A stretch of 64,000 nt of DNA from Amphiscolops sp. MND2022 (lineage: Eukaryota): contig OZ076410.1 in assembly GCA_964187785.1 (NCBI GenBank), positions 8,060,001 through 8,124,000 on the forward strand, read 5' to 3'. Shown piece after piece: positions 49,167-62,198 of this stretch. Both the position numbers and the translations under genes were made by a program. The notes beneath the pieces were generated by a model. That model was not told where the DNA came from. It was given only the letters and a program-made list of their open reading frames with translations, and did no database searches. The first letter of the stretch is position 1. Every line of letters begins with the position of its first letter.

Positions 49167-50152
49167 CTAAGCACACACCATGACGTCACAATTCAGGGGC
49201 AGGGGTTTTCAAAAATTAATTGATTTCCAATTAACTCTAATTGACCTGAGCGTTTTTGCAACCTATCAAAAAATCTGAACAAAAATTTTTAATCATTAAT
49301 ATCTCCACAACTACGCGTGCCACAGAAAGCAAATCTAAGCGTTGGAAAGGTCTGCTATTGAGCTTTCATTTTGGTCAAGTGAGCCCTGTCGCTGCGCGCC
49401 CCCTCCTTCAGAACTTTAGTTTCTTTTCCGGTACCGCCGTTTCGCGGCAGTTCTGCATTTCGTGCGGCCCGCTGCGCGGGGGCTTGTAGTAGCAACAGGG
49501 TATTATTGGGGTTTGTTGCACCAGGACTTGTTGTGAAAGGGTATGTGGTTGGTTTTTTCCATTGATCAAAGACTTTTGAGAAAACTGGATTTCGCCAAAA
49601 ACTGAATTTTGGAAAAATACTTTTTTGAGCAAAAAACATTTTTCTCAGCTTTTGAGACATTCACTTTTCTAATGCTTGGGCCTTTCAAATCAATCTAAGT
49701 ACCAATGAATTGTTGAAAAAAATGGGCTAGAGAATATGGGCTACTGGCAGAAGGAATCCGAAAGTAAAAAATAGGTAGGCTGCTTTGAAGTACCACTAGA
49801 TTCATTAGGGTTAATTGCAATAAAATTGGTTTATTGCAATTTTTTAGCAAAACCAAATGCCAGGAACTGACAAATTTCAAGTATTTAAGTATAAAATCTA
49901 TGTATTAGCTATTCGTATAAAGGGAATTACAATTATTTACCAGATTTTATTTTGCCAACATCTGACATTATAGAAAAGTTTATCACTTCTGCCGGATATG
50001 CGTTGACCATAGACCTTCAAATGCACCTTTTTTGAAAGTGAATCATTCTTTCTGGAATATTGAATTTTTTTCTTGACAGAATTAATTGCAATTATTCAAT
50101 TAATTGATTGGTTAGTTTGAGAAAATTCAATTAATTGATTGGAAAGAAAATA

Positions 50153-50485
50153 CAGTGTATGACGCTGAAAATTTAATAAACGTCATTCAAAATTTCCATC
50201 GCTCGGTAACAGCTTGTTTGTGATTGGTTAATTAAATTAAATAGACAATCAACTTTTCACAAATAGACATTCAAGATTATCGAAAGAATGAAAATGCTGC
50301 TTCGCATAGCGGCGCAAACGTTCAATCTTAATTACACGCTGCATGCGAGCAGTGTATGCGGAGGGATTAGTAAAACTCAATGTCGATTTTTGAATTTTGA
50401 TTGTCTATTTAGGAAATTCAATCTTTCACCTGATTGGTTCTTAATTTTTGATTGTCGTTTATTAACTTCTCAGCGTCATACACTG
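50153..50485. mobile_element. Tc1/mariner-type MITE (333 bp)
   Basis: TA|CAGTGTATGACGCTGA .. TCAGCGTCATACACTG|TA: perfect 16-bp TIR with TA TSD. Confidence 0.85.
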
Positions 50486-50818
50486 TAATTGATTGGTTTA
50501 GTTAGTTTTTTCAAAAGTCAAAAATTAAAAGTTAAAAGATAAATTTTAAAAAATCAAAATTAAACGAAAACACTACGAATAGCGAGGAAGCTTTTTATCA
50601 CTCAACTGAACCTATCCTCCCCTTTCCTTTTCGTAATGTTTTCCCACATTTCGATTACAGAACTGTTTAACCAAATTTTATTTTGAGAAACTTTTCTACC
50701 CAACAAAATAGATAATTCTCGATAACATTATCGATATCACACTCCAAATATGCAGTTGTAGGCATTTATACTCAAATATTTCAAAGTACAGCCTTTTTAA
50801 AATATTCTTGAAACTCAC

Positions 50819-50952
50819 TTCTTGCTCGTCGACAGTCCACTGTACTTGAAACTCGGAACACGACTCGAACTGCACTTCGATGCTGATTGGCTGGCCGAAA
50901 GTGTAGTTGAACAACGAGTCCTGCTCGGGTTCTGTTATCACTGGAGGCTTAC
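50819..50952 (-). CDS. Exon: N-terminal half of a divergent Ig domain
   Basis: KPPVITEPEQDSLFNYTFGQPISIEVQFESCSEFQVQWTVDEQE; ccattcag / gtgagt; phase 1 to 0. Confidence 0.85.
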
Positions 50953-51323
50953 CTGAATGGACGAAATTAGAACTTATTTCTAAACTTCTAATGAGAAGGA
51001 ATTTGTGGCTTATGGTTGGATGAAACGAGCAGAAATAACTTCTGAAGAATAGCAGTGGAATCATATAGATGACCATATAGGGGGGGGGGTATCTTACGGG
51101 TTGTATGGGGGTTTTGAGCTTGGGGTTTTGGGGTTATTAGAATTTTCGCGTTTACTGTGGGGGCGTGTTTTGGTTTTAACAGATTTGATGGACCATGTCA
51201 TCTATTTCCCCCCAGGTACACCTTGTTGGGAATATTCTCTTATTGGTGAAATATTTTTGTTCAAGAACAAAATGTGCTTTCGTGTTAAGGGGAGGGGGTA
51301 CTTCCCAACAAGGTAATTAGGGG

Positions 51324-51482
51324 AATTATGGTATTTTTTTACCTGAAGTGTCCAACCAGTTGTAGAGACAATCCTCTAAGTATATATATACATTCATATA
51401 ATATATATTATATGAATGTATATACTTAGAGGATTGTCTCTACAACTGTTTGGACACTTCAGGTTTAAAAAATACCATAATT
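51324..51482. repeat. Near-perfect ~159-bp palindrome
   Basis: AATTATGGTATTTTTT..CTGAAGTGTCCAA..AGAGACAATCCTCTAAGTATATA..CATTCATATAAT is mirrored with few mismatches. Confidence 0.92.
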
Positions 51483-52088
51483 TTTTGATATTATTGTCCA
51501 AAATAGCAGAAATTCACGTTTGGAACAAACTAAAATCGTATCAAATGGCCCCTAATTCAGCGCAAATTTTCTCCGCTATAAAATCTAATGAGCAACTTTT
51601 AATTGACAGTCAATGTAATGGATAGGATTATGTCGACATCAATCAATTTATTGGACCAAAATTCCACCGTAAACGATGTCGACATAATCGTATTTGAACC
51701 TTCTCTTTTATTTCCCCGCTGCCGCAGTTTGGGGGGGGGGAATAGATGACATGGTCCGATTTGATCTTTGATGGATAACTCAAAGAAGTCGGTCGATTCA
51801 TTCGGAAACTTCCTAACAGATGTAGTAAGTATTGTGTGATTCCCAACAAATAACGTTTCACTCGAGATAAGAGCGTAGTTACGATTTACTGTAAACTTTT
51901 ACTGTAGATAAGCGGGGAATTCCAAGTGAACTTTTCTAAATGCTTTCGTTTCGGTCCGCCTAAAGCCATTAGCCAATCAAAACTGTCTGTCATTATATTT
52001 GAACAATTTAGTGAGTTGTAATTCAATTAATTCTCAATTGAGAAAAAATTGAACAATAATTAATGCTTAAAACTGGTTAATAATTAAC

Positions 52089-52415
52089 CTTCTCGTACGG
52101 TCAAGTTATGAACATGGTGGTTTTCGGTCTTTTCATCCCAGATTTCAATCATCAAATGAGACTCAACACTTTTTTGGGAAAACTCGACGTTGGATGCTTC
52201 GAAAGCACAAGTCACTGTGCAATTAAGCGATGAGTCATCCACCGAACAAACCACTTCCATTATCTGCACCGGCTTGTGATCCACAGAAGCGTTCATCTGG
52301 ACGGCTGAGCCAGAGATGTTTTCGGGCAGCCAGAAAGGTACCGTGAAACTTGTCTTGAAGACGTTCATACCTTGCTCTAGCAAAATCAGGTCATCGGTTT
52401 CGCTCTCTTTTGGTT
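52089..52415 (-). CDS. Exon: diverged A-type domain
   Basis: TSFTVPFW..SVDHKPVQIMEVVC..CAFEAS..IEIWDEKTENHHVHNLTVRE; 327 nt, phase 1-1. Confidence 0.88.
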
Positions 52416-52481
52416 CTGAAACAAAATTTAAGTGTCTGATTGGTCAATTGCGATCATGCGGCATGATTCATGCCTCATATA

Positions 52482-52729
52482 CCCAGCGTTTAACATCTTG
52501 AATATCTTGCCAAGATCTTAGGAAAATCTTGAATTCTTGAATATCTTGGAAAGATCTTAGGTTTTATCTTGACATCTTGAATTTCTTGGTAAGATCTTGG
52601 ATTTCATATTGGATATCTTGACAAAATCTTGGATTCTATCTTGGATTTCTCCGAAGATCTTGCCAGAACTTGCAAGATCTTGGAAAGATCTTGGAAGATC
52701 TGGAAAGATTCAAGATATCGAACCCTGGG
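52482..52729. mobile_element. TA-flanked MITE with internal AAGATCTT repeats
   Basis: TA|CCCAGCGTTTAACATCTTG .. CAAGATATCGAACCCTGGG|TA. Confidence 0.75.
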
Positions 52730-54163
52730 TACCCCCCAGGTACACCTTGTTTTCGATACCCCCCCCCAACACGAAAGCACATTTTGTTGTTTAATAAAAA
52801 ATATTTCACTGATAAGAGGATGTTATATGAAATAAGACACATGGTCCTTGAATTGTAAGTTGTATTTCAACATTTATGGATCAAAATCTTTACGGCACAA
52901 CTTTGTTTGAGATTTTTGATTTATTTTGGATTTGGACCAGATACCAATTGAACAGCAACCCGTTCTTGAACACGACAGGTCTCTTCTACAAGCTCAAGCG
53001 GAGGAGGTCAGGCGGGTGTTTTTGGGTAAATTCTTTGTTTATGCCCCCCACAAGAACCAGTGCAATGTTTTTCATGCGAAACTAATATATTAGCAAATAA
53101 TAGCAAATATACCCCATAGCAAAAAGGTTGATCATAGCTAGCCCGTGTAGCACTGTATAGGCAATATTTTATTCCGAGTTGATCACAATCACAGTTGGAA
53201 CCGGGTCATGATTTTCTACCCGAAGCCCGGCCCGAGCCCGTTCCAAAAACCCTAACACAACCCGATATTTTTGAACATTTTTAATACCCGACGAAAACGA
53301 ATTTGATACCCGAAAGTAAATTGCTAATGATAATCAGGTATAAGCATCATGAGAATTCAAAAATCCAATTTTTACAACAGAAGTCGAAAATTCAACATCA
53401 GACAGTTTTGTGAGAGTTTTGTATATGTAATTACCGTGCGTCTAAATCTACAGCGCGCAAATAAAAGGAATCAATTGCGGGAATTATATAGCCCAGTTTG
53501 ATGTAAAAATTTTCGATTTTTTTTCCGAATTGTTATACCCGGCCCGAAAAAATTTAAGCTCAAAAAAGCCCGGCTATAAGCCCGCCCTGCCCGGCAACAC
53601 TTAATGACGTGCTTGGTTCCAACTCTGAGCACAATCAGATCATAAAAGTACGTGTGTTTGATTTGCATATTGCCCTTTTGTGGTCACAATATGCTCAGCC
53701 TGGTCGGGAATAGGGAACTTTTTCCTTTCCCCCCACACCTTTCAAGATGATGTTTTTGCAATTAATTATATCTCAATTGCGTTTCCAATGAAACAGTTCA
53801 GTTTTAAATTTATTCTCAGGGTGACAGTTTAGGATTCAGATACAAACTTTGTTCACACTTTTTCCCTATGTAATTACGCATTTTTGATGAAGAAATCAAC
53901 AGCTTCCTGTTTTGAGTCATCAATAAACACTCAATACGATCATAAGTATAGTCAAAATGTGTGAACAATGTTTTGTTCAAGCGGAAAACTACTCTAATAG
54001 TGTGGAGACAACAAAACAAAAGAAAAGACTTATTCGAAGAAATATTGAATGATATAGTAAAATATAATCCTTTATGTTGAGTTTGTTTTCTTTAAAAAGT
54101 GTGGGGGGAAAAGGAAAAAGAGCCGGGAAAAGCACGTAGAAATGTCAAAACTCTGAAACTAAC

Positions 54164-54466
54164 CCATTTTGGGTAGAACGGTATGGATGTGCTTGAAGTT
54201 TTTGTACGAAACCGTAACTTCGTATATTTCCGGTAGCGTTCCAAGCTCTCTGTCCTCCAATAGGAAACTGAGTTTAGTTGTCTGTGTATCTTCATCAAAC
54301 GTTACTGACAAGTCCTTGAACTGAACTGGTTTCTTGTCAGCGATCACCGAAATAGTTGCTTCATCATCAGGGGCTTCGATTAAGAACGGAACTTCGAAAG
54401 TCAATCCAATCGGTTTGTTAGACTCCACGGTCACCGTGGCCGAGCTTTCCGAAGTTTCCTCAGGCA
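54164..54466 (-). CDS. Exon: diverged B-type domain
   Basis: IGLTFEVPFLIE..SVIADKKPV..EVTVSYKNFKHIHTV; 303 nt, phase 1-1. Confidence 0.88.
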
Positions 54467-54924
54467 CTAAAAGTGGAAAAACGTTCGTTGTGTAATTGAA
54501 AGCAGAATTATTCAAACAATGCTACTTTCATTGGATTCAATTACCCATTTTTGTCTTGAATAAAAATATTTCATTGTTCGGTCAGATACTTAAAAGAAGA
54601 AGCTGGATTGTAATTAAGTAAGAAGCGCAGTGACTTGATTTGATTGTGTGGATCAAGTGAATGTGGATGTCCAATATAGAATGTGGATGACCAAAAGAGA
54701 CCTTGCCAAAATTGTAGAACGTTTGTAGAACTATTTTGGCTAATTTGAGAGCAAAAAGTTTCAGCGAAACTTACTTTCCTTCCTATAGTCAAGAATTGAA
54801 AAACGATATTTTACACCCATCTGTTATTCTAGTCAATATTGTGCGCAATAAGGTATTTTTGACGTTCTCAATGGATTCCAGTGATCCCTGAAAGTGTCTG
54901 TGAGTTCCAACTTATGAAACCAGC

Positions 54925-55520
54925 CGGGACCGGCCCAAGTCGACGCCCCGATGAAGTTTCTTAGATATGTAAAGGACACTATTGTTGAAACTTTATCAAT
55001 TTCTCAAGGCATAAAGATACTCCAAGTGATACACATAAGGCTCGAAAACTATTTTTCCCTAACTGGAAGCAAGAAAAAATTTTCTTAGGAAAAAGTCTCA
55101 TAGAGCCGAAAATGGAGCGTTAAGTGGACTCTAGTGAAAATTTTTTAAAATCAATTTTACAGAACCAGAAAATAACCAAAAGGTACACTTTAGACTCGGA
55201 AACCGCGTTTTCCGTTACTAAAAACATGAAAATAAACAATTATTGAAAGAAAATTAATTTCAAATTTTTCCTGAAAATGTCCCAGTGCTGAAAACCCAAA
55301 AAGTGCTTTTCATTATGGAAAACCTAAAAAAAACTAAAACAAAATGTCGAATTTTTTGTGACGAAAAAACATAAGGTGGCCCTCTATGCTCACAAAACAC
55401 TTTGTTCCTGCTAAAATTCAAAAGGGAGTATTTCGGGTAAAAAAAAGTTTCAAAAAGTCGTATAGTGCCAAAAAACCCGAAAGGGGACCTTTTGGTCTTC
55501 CCTCTACTTTTGCAAACTTG
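54925..55520 (-). mobile_element. Family 2 copy, inverted and degenerate
   Basis: CCAGCCGGGACCGGCCCAAGTCGACGCC is the reverse complement of the family terminus; AAAGGGGACCTTTTGG subunit. Confidence 0.55.
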
Positions 55521-56060
55521 AAAAAAAAATTCAGTACGAGACTCGAACACTCTTGTCACTATGCGTCGCAGACCGCGCCACTGTGACAAGAGATCCGCGG
55601 TAATCACTAAACCAAGTGGCAGTGAAAAGTTACTAACTTATAGAATTTCCCATGGAAATCTGTCAGCTCGCTGGTCTTGAAAAAAATCGGTTATAGTGCA
55701 TTATTTTCGAACCTCTGCCTTCTCCTTAGTAATTCACTTCGGATATGCTTTAGCATTTTTTACTGTTCAAATATAGAATGTGGATGACCAAAAGAGACCT
55801 TGCCAAAATTGTAGAACGTTTGTAGAACTATTTTGGCTAATTCATCTATATTGAAAAAAACTGACGCAAAAGCATGACTATTGTCGACTCCTTTCCAAAA
55901 AAAGCTTCGACATAAAACTGGAGTGGATTGTCCCCAAAAACGGAATTAACTACGCCAGGTAGTGAAATCAGCTACATAGAACTTAATGGTATTCGTTTAC
56001 TGCTGAAGCGGAATCCGACGAAGCTCTTACTCCAACTGAAAAACTTAGGAGATTGCACAC

Positions 56061-56384
56061 CTTGTTCGAATTTGACGTGATGCACGTGATGCCTGTTGGT
56101 CTGCTCGTCCAATACATCAAGCACTAGACTTGGTGGTGCTTGGTCACTCAATGAAGGCATCACCGATGCTTCAAACACACACTTGATAGTCGATGTCATT
56201 GATTTTTCGTCAATGATACACACAACATCAATCAATTCGACAGGCTTGTCATCAAGCGTAGCAACGATTTCGACATTTTCCAAGTTTTTGTCGACCACGA
56301 ATGGAACTGTGAGAGAGATCTTCTTGGTCTTCGGTTCGACAGCATCCAATACAATGGTTTCGTCGGACTCGGTCTCCTCCGGTT
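56061..56384 (-). CDS. Array exon A1
   Basis: ttctacag / gtgtgc; 324 nt, phase 1-1. Confidence 0.85.
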
Positions 56385-56652
56385 CTGTAGAAACACAACA
56401 CGATCAGAATTTTCCGCTAGACTCAGATTTCTTCCAAGGTGCTGATGAAAATTTGTTTATTTGCTATTGACAACATAGTGGGAAAGTGATTCACTGCTAG
56501 TGTCCAAATTTGGGAACAAACAAGCATCAACAGCCACCTAATACGTCTATGAACGTGTCACAGGAAACTTGTAGTACTTCCGTTTTTTGAAACGCAAAAG
56601 AAGTTTTTCAGAGACATGCATTGAGATCTCTAAATAGTAGTTAAACCATTAC

Positions 56653-56961
56653 CTGATCTGACCACGACAAAGTGAACATGCTTGTGGTTCTTGTGGCTCA
56701 AATGCACACATACGCGTTCCCCCTTTTTGTTCACTGGTTGAGTAAGCAAGGTTGTAAATTTGGTTGATTTGATCTCGACTTGTGGTGTAATGGTCCATTC
56801 TTCTTCATGTTCAACTGGTTCTTCATTGACTGAAATCTCAATTACTGGTTTGTCTTCTTCGCTCGTATAGTCAATGAGGAATGGAGCCTCGAAGGAAACT
56901 TCACGAATGCCTTCAGTTTTGATGACGACTGTTTCTCCGCTTTCTGTGAACTCCACTTCAG
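56653..56961 (-). CDS. Array exon B1
   Basis: gttatag / gtaatg; 309 nt, phase 1-1. Confidence 0.85.
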
Positions 56962-57371
56962 CTATAACAAACGTTCATCAATTTGAAATCTTCGGATGTT
57001 CAGATGAAATTAAGTTTATTTCTTGGTTCCTGAATGCTTCGAAAAAGTAAACAAAGAACAAAAGCTGCTACAAAGTTCGACTTTCAAAAAATTCCCACGT
57101 AACTTTCCTTTGCTAATAGACCTTCCATTTAGAAAACAGTTTTGAGTTTTCGAAACCGTTTCAAGGCATAGTGAGACAATACATTATTAGCGAAAGTAAA
57201 GTGATACGGCGAAGTAATTGTTTTTAACAGCGACGAAGACAATGATAGCAAAAGTTTCTGGGAGGTGTTTCGACTACTAAATTTTACAAAAAACCCCAAA
57301 CTTTGGTGCCACTGGTCTCAAAAACACCGAAGAATAATTGAGAAATCTGAAAAACTTAAGAGATTGCACAC

Positions 57372-57695
57372 CTTGTTCGAATTTGACGTGATGCACGTGG
57401 TGCCTGTTGTGCTGCTCGTCCAATACATCAAGCACTAGACTTGGTGGTGCTTGGTCACTCAATGAAGGCATCACCGATGCTTCAAACACACATGTGATAG
57501 TCGATGTCATTGATTTTTCGTCAATGATACACACAACATCAATCAACTCGACAGGCTTGTCATCAAGCGTAGCAACGATTTCGACATTTTCCAAGTTTTT
57601 GTCGACCACGAATGGAACTGTGAGAGAGATCTTCTTGGTCTTCGGTTCGACAGCATCCAATACAATGGTTTCGTCGGACTCGGTCTCCTCCGGTT
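57372..57695 (-). CDS. Array exon A2
   Basis: As A1. Confidence 0.85.
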
Positions 57696-57963
57696 CTGTA
57701 GAAACACAACACGATCAGAATTTTCCGCTAGACTCAGATTTCTTCCAAGGTGCTGATGAAAATTTGTTTATTTGCTATTGACAACATAGTGGGAAAGTGA
57801 TTCACTGCTAGTGTCCAAATTTGGGAACAAACAAGCATCAGCAGCCACCTAATACGTCTATGAACGTGTCACAGGAAACTTGTAGTACTTCCGTTTTTTG
57901 AAACGCAAAAGAAGTTTTTCAGAGACATGCATTGAGATCTCTAAATAGTAGTTAAACCATTAC

Positions 57964-58272
57964 CTGATCTGACCACGACAAAGTGAACATGCTTGTGGTT
58001 CTTGTGGCTCAAATGCACACATACGCGTTCCCCCTTTTTGTTCACTGGTTGAGTAAGCAAGGTTGTAAATTTGGTTGATTTGATCTCGACTTGTGGTGTA
58101 ATGGTCCATTCTTCTTCATGTTCAACTGGTTCTTCATTGACTGAAATCTCAATTACTGGTTTGTCTTCTTCGCTCGTATAGTCAATGAGGAATGGAGCCT
58201 CGAAGGAAACTTCACAAATGCCTTCAGTTTTGATGACGACTGTTTCTCCGCTTTCTGTGAACTCCACTTCAG
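57964..58272 (-). CDS. Array exon B2
   Basis: As B1. Confidence 0.85.
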
Positions 58273-58682
58273 CTATAACAAACGTTCATCAATTTGAAAT
58301 CTTCGGATGTTCAGATGAAATTAAGTTTATTTCTTGGTTCCTGAATGCTTCGAAAAAGTAAACAAAGAACAAAAGCTGCTACAAAGTTCGACTTTCAAAA
58401 AATTCCCACGTAACTTTCCTTTGCTAATAGACCTTCCATTTAGAAAACAGTTTTGAGTTTTCGAAACCGTTTCAAGGCATAGTGAGACAATACATTATTA
58501 GCGAAAGTAAAGTGATACGGCGAAGTAATTGTTTTTAACAGCGACGAAGACAATGATAGCAAAAGTTTCTGGGAGGTGTTTCGACTACTAAATTTTACAA
58601 AAAACCCCAAACTTTGGTGCCACTGGTCTCAAAAACACCGAAGAATAATTGAGAAATCTGAAAAACTTAAGAGATTGCACAC

Positions 58683-59006
58683 CTTGTTCGAATTTGACGT
58701 GATGCACGTGGTGCCTATTGTGCTGCTCGTCCAATACATCAAGCACTAGACTTGGTGGTGCTTGGTCACTCAATGAAGGCATCACCGATGCTTCAAACAC
58801 ACATGTGATAGTCGATGTCATTGATTTTTCGTCAATGATACACACAACATCAATCAACTCGACAGGCTTGTCATCAAGCGTAGCAACGATTTCGACATTT
58901 TCCAAGTTTTTGTCGACCACGAATGGAACTGTGAGAGAGATCTTCTTGGTCTTCGGTTCGACAGCATCCAATACAATGGTTTCGTCGGACTCGGTCTCCT
59001 CCGGTT
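58683..59006 (-). CDS. Array exon A3
   Basis: As A1. Confidence 0.85.
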
Positions 59007-59274
59007 CTGTAGAAACACAACACGATCAGAATTTTCCGCTAGACTCAGATTTCTTCCAAGGTGCTGATGAAAATTTGTTTATTTGCTATTGACAACATAG
59101 TGGGAAAGTGATTCACTGCTAGTGTCCAAATTTGGGAACAAACAAGCATCAGCAGCCACCTAATACGTCTATGAACGTGTCACAGGAAACTTGTAGTACT
59201 TCCGTTTTTTGAAACGCAAAAGAAGTTTTTCAGAGACATGCATTGAGATCTCTAAATAGTAGTTAAACCATTAC

Positions 59275-59583
59275 CTGATCTGACCACGACAAAGTGAACA
59301 TGCTTGTGGTTCTTGTGGCTCAAATGCACACATACGCGTTCCCCCTTTTTGTTCACTGGTTGAGTAAGCAAGGTTGTAAATTTGGTTGATTTGATCTCGA
59401 CTTGTGGTGTAATGGTCCATTCTTCTTCATGTTCAACTGGTTCTTCATTGACTGAAATCTCAATGACTGGTTTGTCTTCTTTGCTCGTATAGTCAATGAG
59501 GAATGGAGCCTCGAAGGAAACTTCACAAATGCCTTCAGTTTTGATGACGACTGTTTCTCCGCTTTCTGTGAACTCCACTTCAG
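59275..59583 (-). CDS. Array exon B3
   Basis: As B1; acceptor gtaatag. Confidence 0.85.
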
Positions 59584-59992
59584 CTATTACAAACGTTCAT
59601 CAATTTGAAATCTTCGGATGTTCAGATGAAATTAAGTTTATTTCTTGGTTCCTGAATGCTTCGAAAAAGTAAACAAAGAACAAAAGTTGCTACAAAGTTC
59701 GACTTTCAAAAAATTCCCACGTAGCTTTCCTTTGCTAATAGACCTTCCATTTAGAAAACAGTTTTGAGTTTTCGAAACCGTTTCAAGGCATAGTGAGACA
59801 ATACATTATTAGCAAAAGTAAAGTGATACGGCGAAGTAATTGTTTTTAACAGCGACGAAGACAATGATAGCAGAAGTTTCTGGGAGGTGTTTCGACTACT
59901 AAATTTTACAAAAAACCCCAAACTTTGGTGCCACTGGTCTCAAAAACACGAAGAATAATTGAGAAATCTGAAAATTTTAGGAGCTTGCACAC

Positions 59993-60316
59993 CTTGTTCG
60001 AATTTGACGTGATGCACGTGATGCCTGTTGTTCTGCTCGTCCAATACATCAAGCACTAGACTTGGTGGTGCTTGGTCACTCAATGAAGGCATCACCGATG
60101 CTTCAAACACACATGTGATAGTCGATGTCATTGATTTTTCGTCAATGATACACACAACATCAATCAACTCGACAGGCTTGTCATCAAGCGTAGCAACGAT
60201 TTCGACATTTTCCAAGTTTTTGTCGACCACGAATGGAACTGTGAGAGAGATCTTCTTGGTCTTCGGTTCGACAGCATCCAATACAATGGTTTCGTCGGAC
60301 TCGGTCTCCTCCGGTT
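59993..60316 (-). CDS. Array exon A4
   Basis: As A1. Confidence 0.85.
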
Positions 60317-60584
60317 CTGTAGAAACACAACACGATCAGAATTTTCCGGTAGACTCATTTCTTTCAAGGTGTTGATGAAAATTTGTTTATTTGCTATTGA
60401 CAACATAGTGGGAAAGTGATTCACTGCTAGTGGCCGATTTTGGGAACAAAGAAGCATCAACAGCCACCTAATACGTCTATGAACGTGTCACAGGAAGCTT
60501 GTGGTACTTCCGTTTTTTGAAAAGCAAAAGAAGTTTTTCAGAGACACATGCATTCAGATCTCTGAATAGTAGTTAAACCATTAC

Positions 60585-60893
60585 CTGATCTGACTACGAC
60601 AAAGTGATCATGCTTGTGGTCTTTGTGGGTCAAATGCACACATACGCGTTCCACCTTTTTGTTCACTGGTTGAGTAAGCAAGGCTGTAAACTTAGTTGAT
60701 TTGATCTCAACTTGTGGTGCAATGGTCCATTCTTCTTCATGTTCAACTGGTTCTTCATTGACTGAAATCTCAATGACTGGTTTGTCTTCTTCGCTCGTAT
60801 AGTCAATGAGGAATGGAGCCTCGAAGGAAACTTCACAAATGCCTTCAGTTTTGATGACGACTGTTTCTCCGCTTTCTGTGAACTCCACTTCAG
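60585..60893 (-). CDS. Array exon B4
   Basis: As B1. Confidence 0.85.
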
Positions 60894-61297
60894 CTATAAC
60901 AAACGTTCATCAATTTGAAATCTTTGGATGTTCAGGTGAAATTAAGTTTATTTCTTGGTTCCTGAATGCTTCGAAAAAGTAAACAAAGAACAAAAGCTGC
61001 TACAAAGTTCGATTTTCAAAAAATTCCCACGTAACTTTCCTTTGCTACTAGACCTTCCTTTTAGAAAACAGTTTTGAGTTTTCAAAACCGTTTCAAGGCA
61101 TAGTGAGACAATACATTAGCAGCAAAAGTGATACAGCGTAGTAATTGTTTTCAACACCGACGAAGAAAATGATAGTAAAAGTTTCTGGGAGGTGTTTCAA
61201 CTACTAAATTTTACAAAAAACCCAAGCCTTGGTGCCACTGGTCTCAAAAACACCGAAGAATAATTGAGAAATCTGAAAATTTTAGGAGCTTGCACAC

Positions 61298-61621
61298 CTT
61301 GTTCGAATTTGACGTGATGCACGTGATGCCTGTTGTTCTGCTCGTCCAATACATCAAGCACTAGATTTGGTGGTGCTTGGTCACTCAATGAAGGCATCAC
61401 CGATGCTTCAAACACACATGTGATAGTCGATGTCATTGATTTTTCGTCAATGATACACACAACATCAATCAACTCGACAGGCTTGTCATCAAGTGTAGCA
61501 ACGATTTCGACATTTTCCAAGTTTTTGTCGACCACGAATGGAACTGTGAGAGAGATCTTCTTGGTCTTCGGTTCGACAGCATCCAATACAATGGTTTCGT
61601 CGGACTCGGTCTCCTCCGGTT
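61298..61621 (-). CDS. Array exon A5
   Basis: As A1. Confidence 0.85.
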
Positions 61622-61889
61622 CTGTAGAAACACAACACGATCAGAATTTTCCGCTAGACTCAGATTTCTTCCAAGGTGCTGATGAAAATTTGTTTATTTG
61701 CTATTGACAACATAGTGGGAAAGTGATTCAATGCTAGTGTCCAAATTTGGGAACAAACAAGCATCAACAGCCACCTAATACGTCTATGAACGTGTCACAG
61801 AAAACTTGTGGTACTTCCGCTTTTTGAAACGCAAAAGAAGTTTTTCAGAGACATACATTCAGATCTCTAAATAGTAATTAAACCATAAC

Positions 61890-62198
61890 CTGATCTGACA
61901 ACGACAAAGTGAACATGCTTGTGGTTCTTGTGGGTCAAATGCACACATACGCGTTCCACCTTTTTGTTCACTGGTTGAGTAAGCAAGGTTGTAAATTTAG
62001 TTGATTTGATCTCGACTTGTGGTGCAATGGTCCATTCTTCTTCATGTTCAACTGGTTCTTCATTGACTGAAATCTCAATGACTGGTTTGTCTTCTTCGCT
62101 CGTATAGTCAATGAGGAATGGAGCCTCGAAGGAAACTTCATAAATGCCTTCATTTTTGATGACGACTGTTTCTCCGCTTTCTGTGAATTCCACTTCAG
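61890..62198 (-). CDS. Array exon B5
   Basis: As B1; donor variant gttatg. Confidence 0.8.

Noticed and set aside
49384-49500. Hammerhead ribozyme
   Set aside because: CGAAA and CTGAAGGA are present, but stem II pairing and the NUH cleavage triplet do not fit.
52925-53085. Nested plus-strand coding fragment (DLDQIPIEQQPVLEHD..)
   Set aside because: Short, between repeats, no recognisable domain or splice partners.
54673-55842. 73-bp direct repeats (54673-54745, 55770-55842) as LTRs or a TSD
   Set aside because: No TG..CA, PBS or PPT; a related sequence occurs near 23415, so these are repeat-family fragments.
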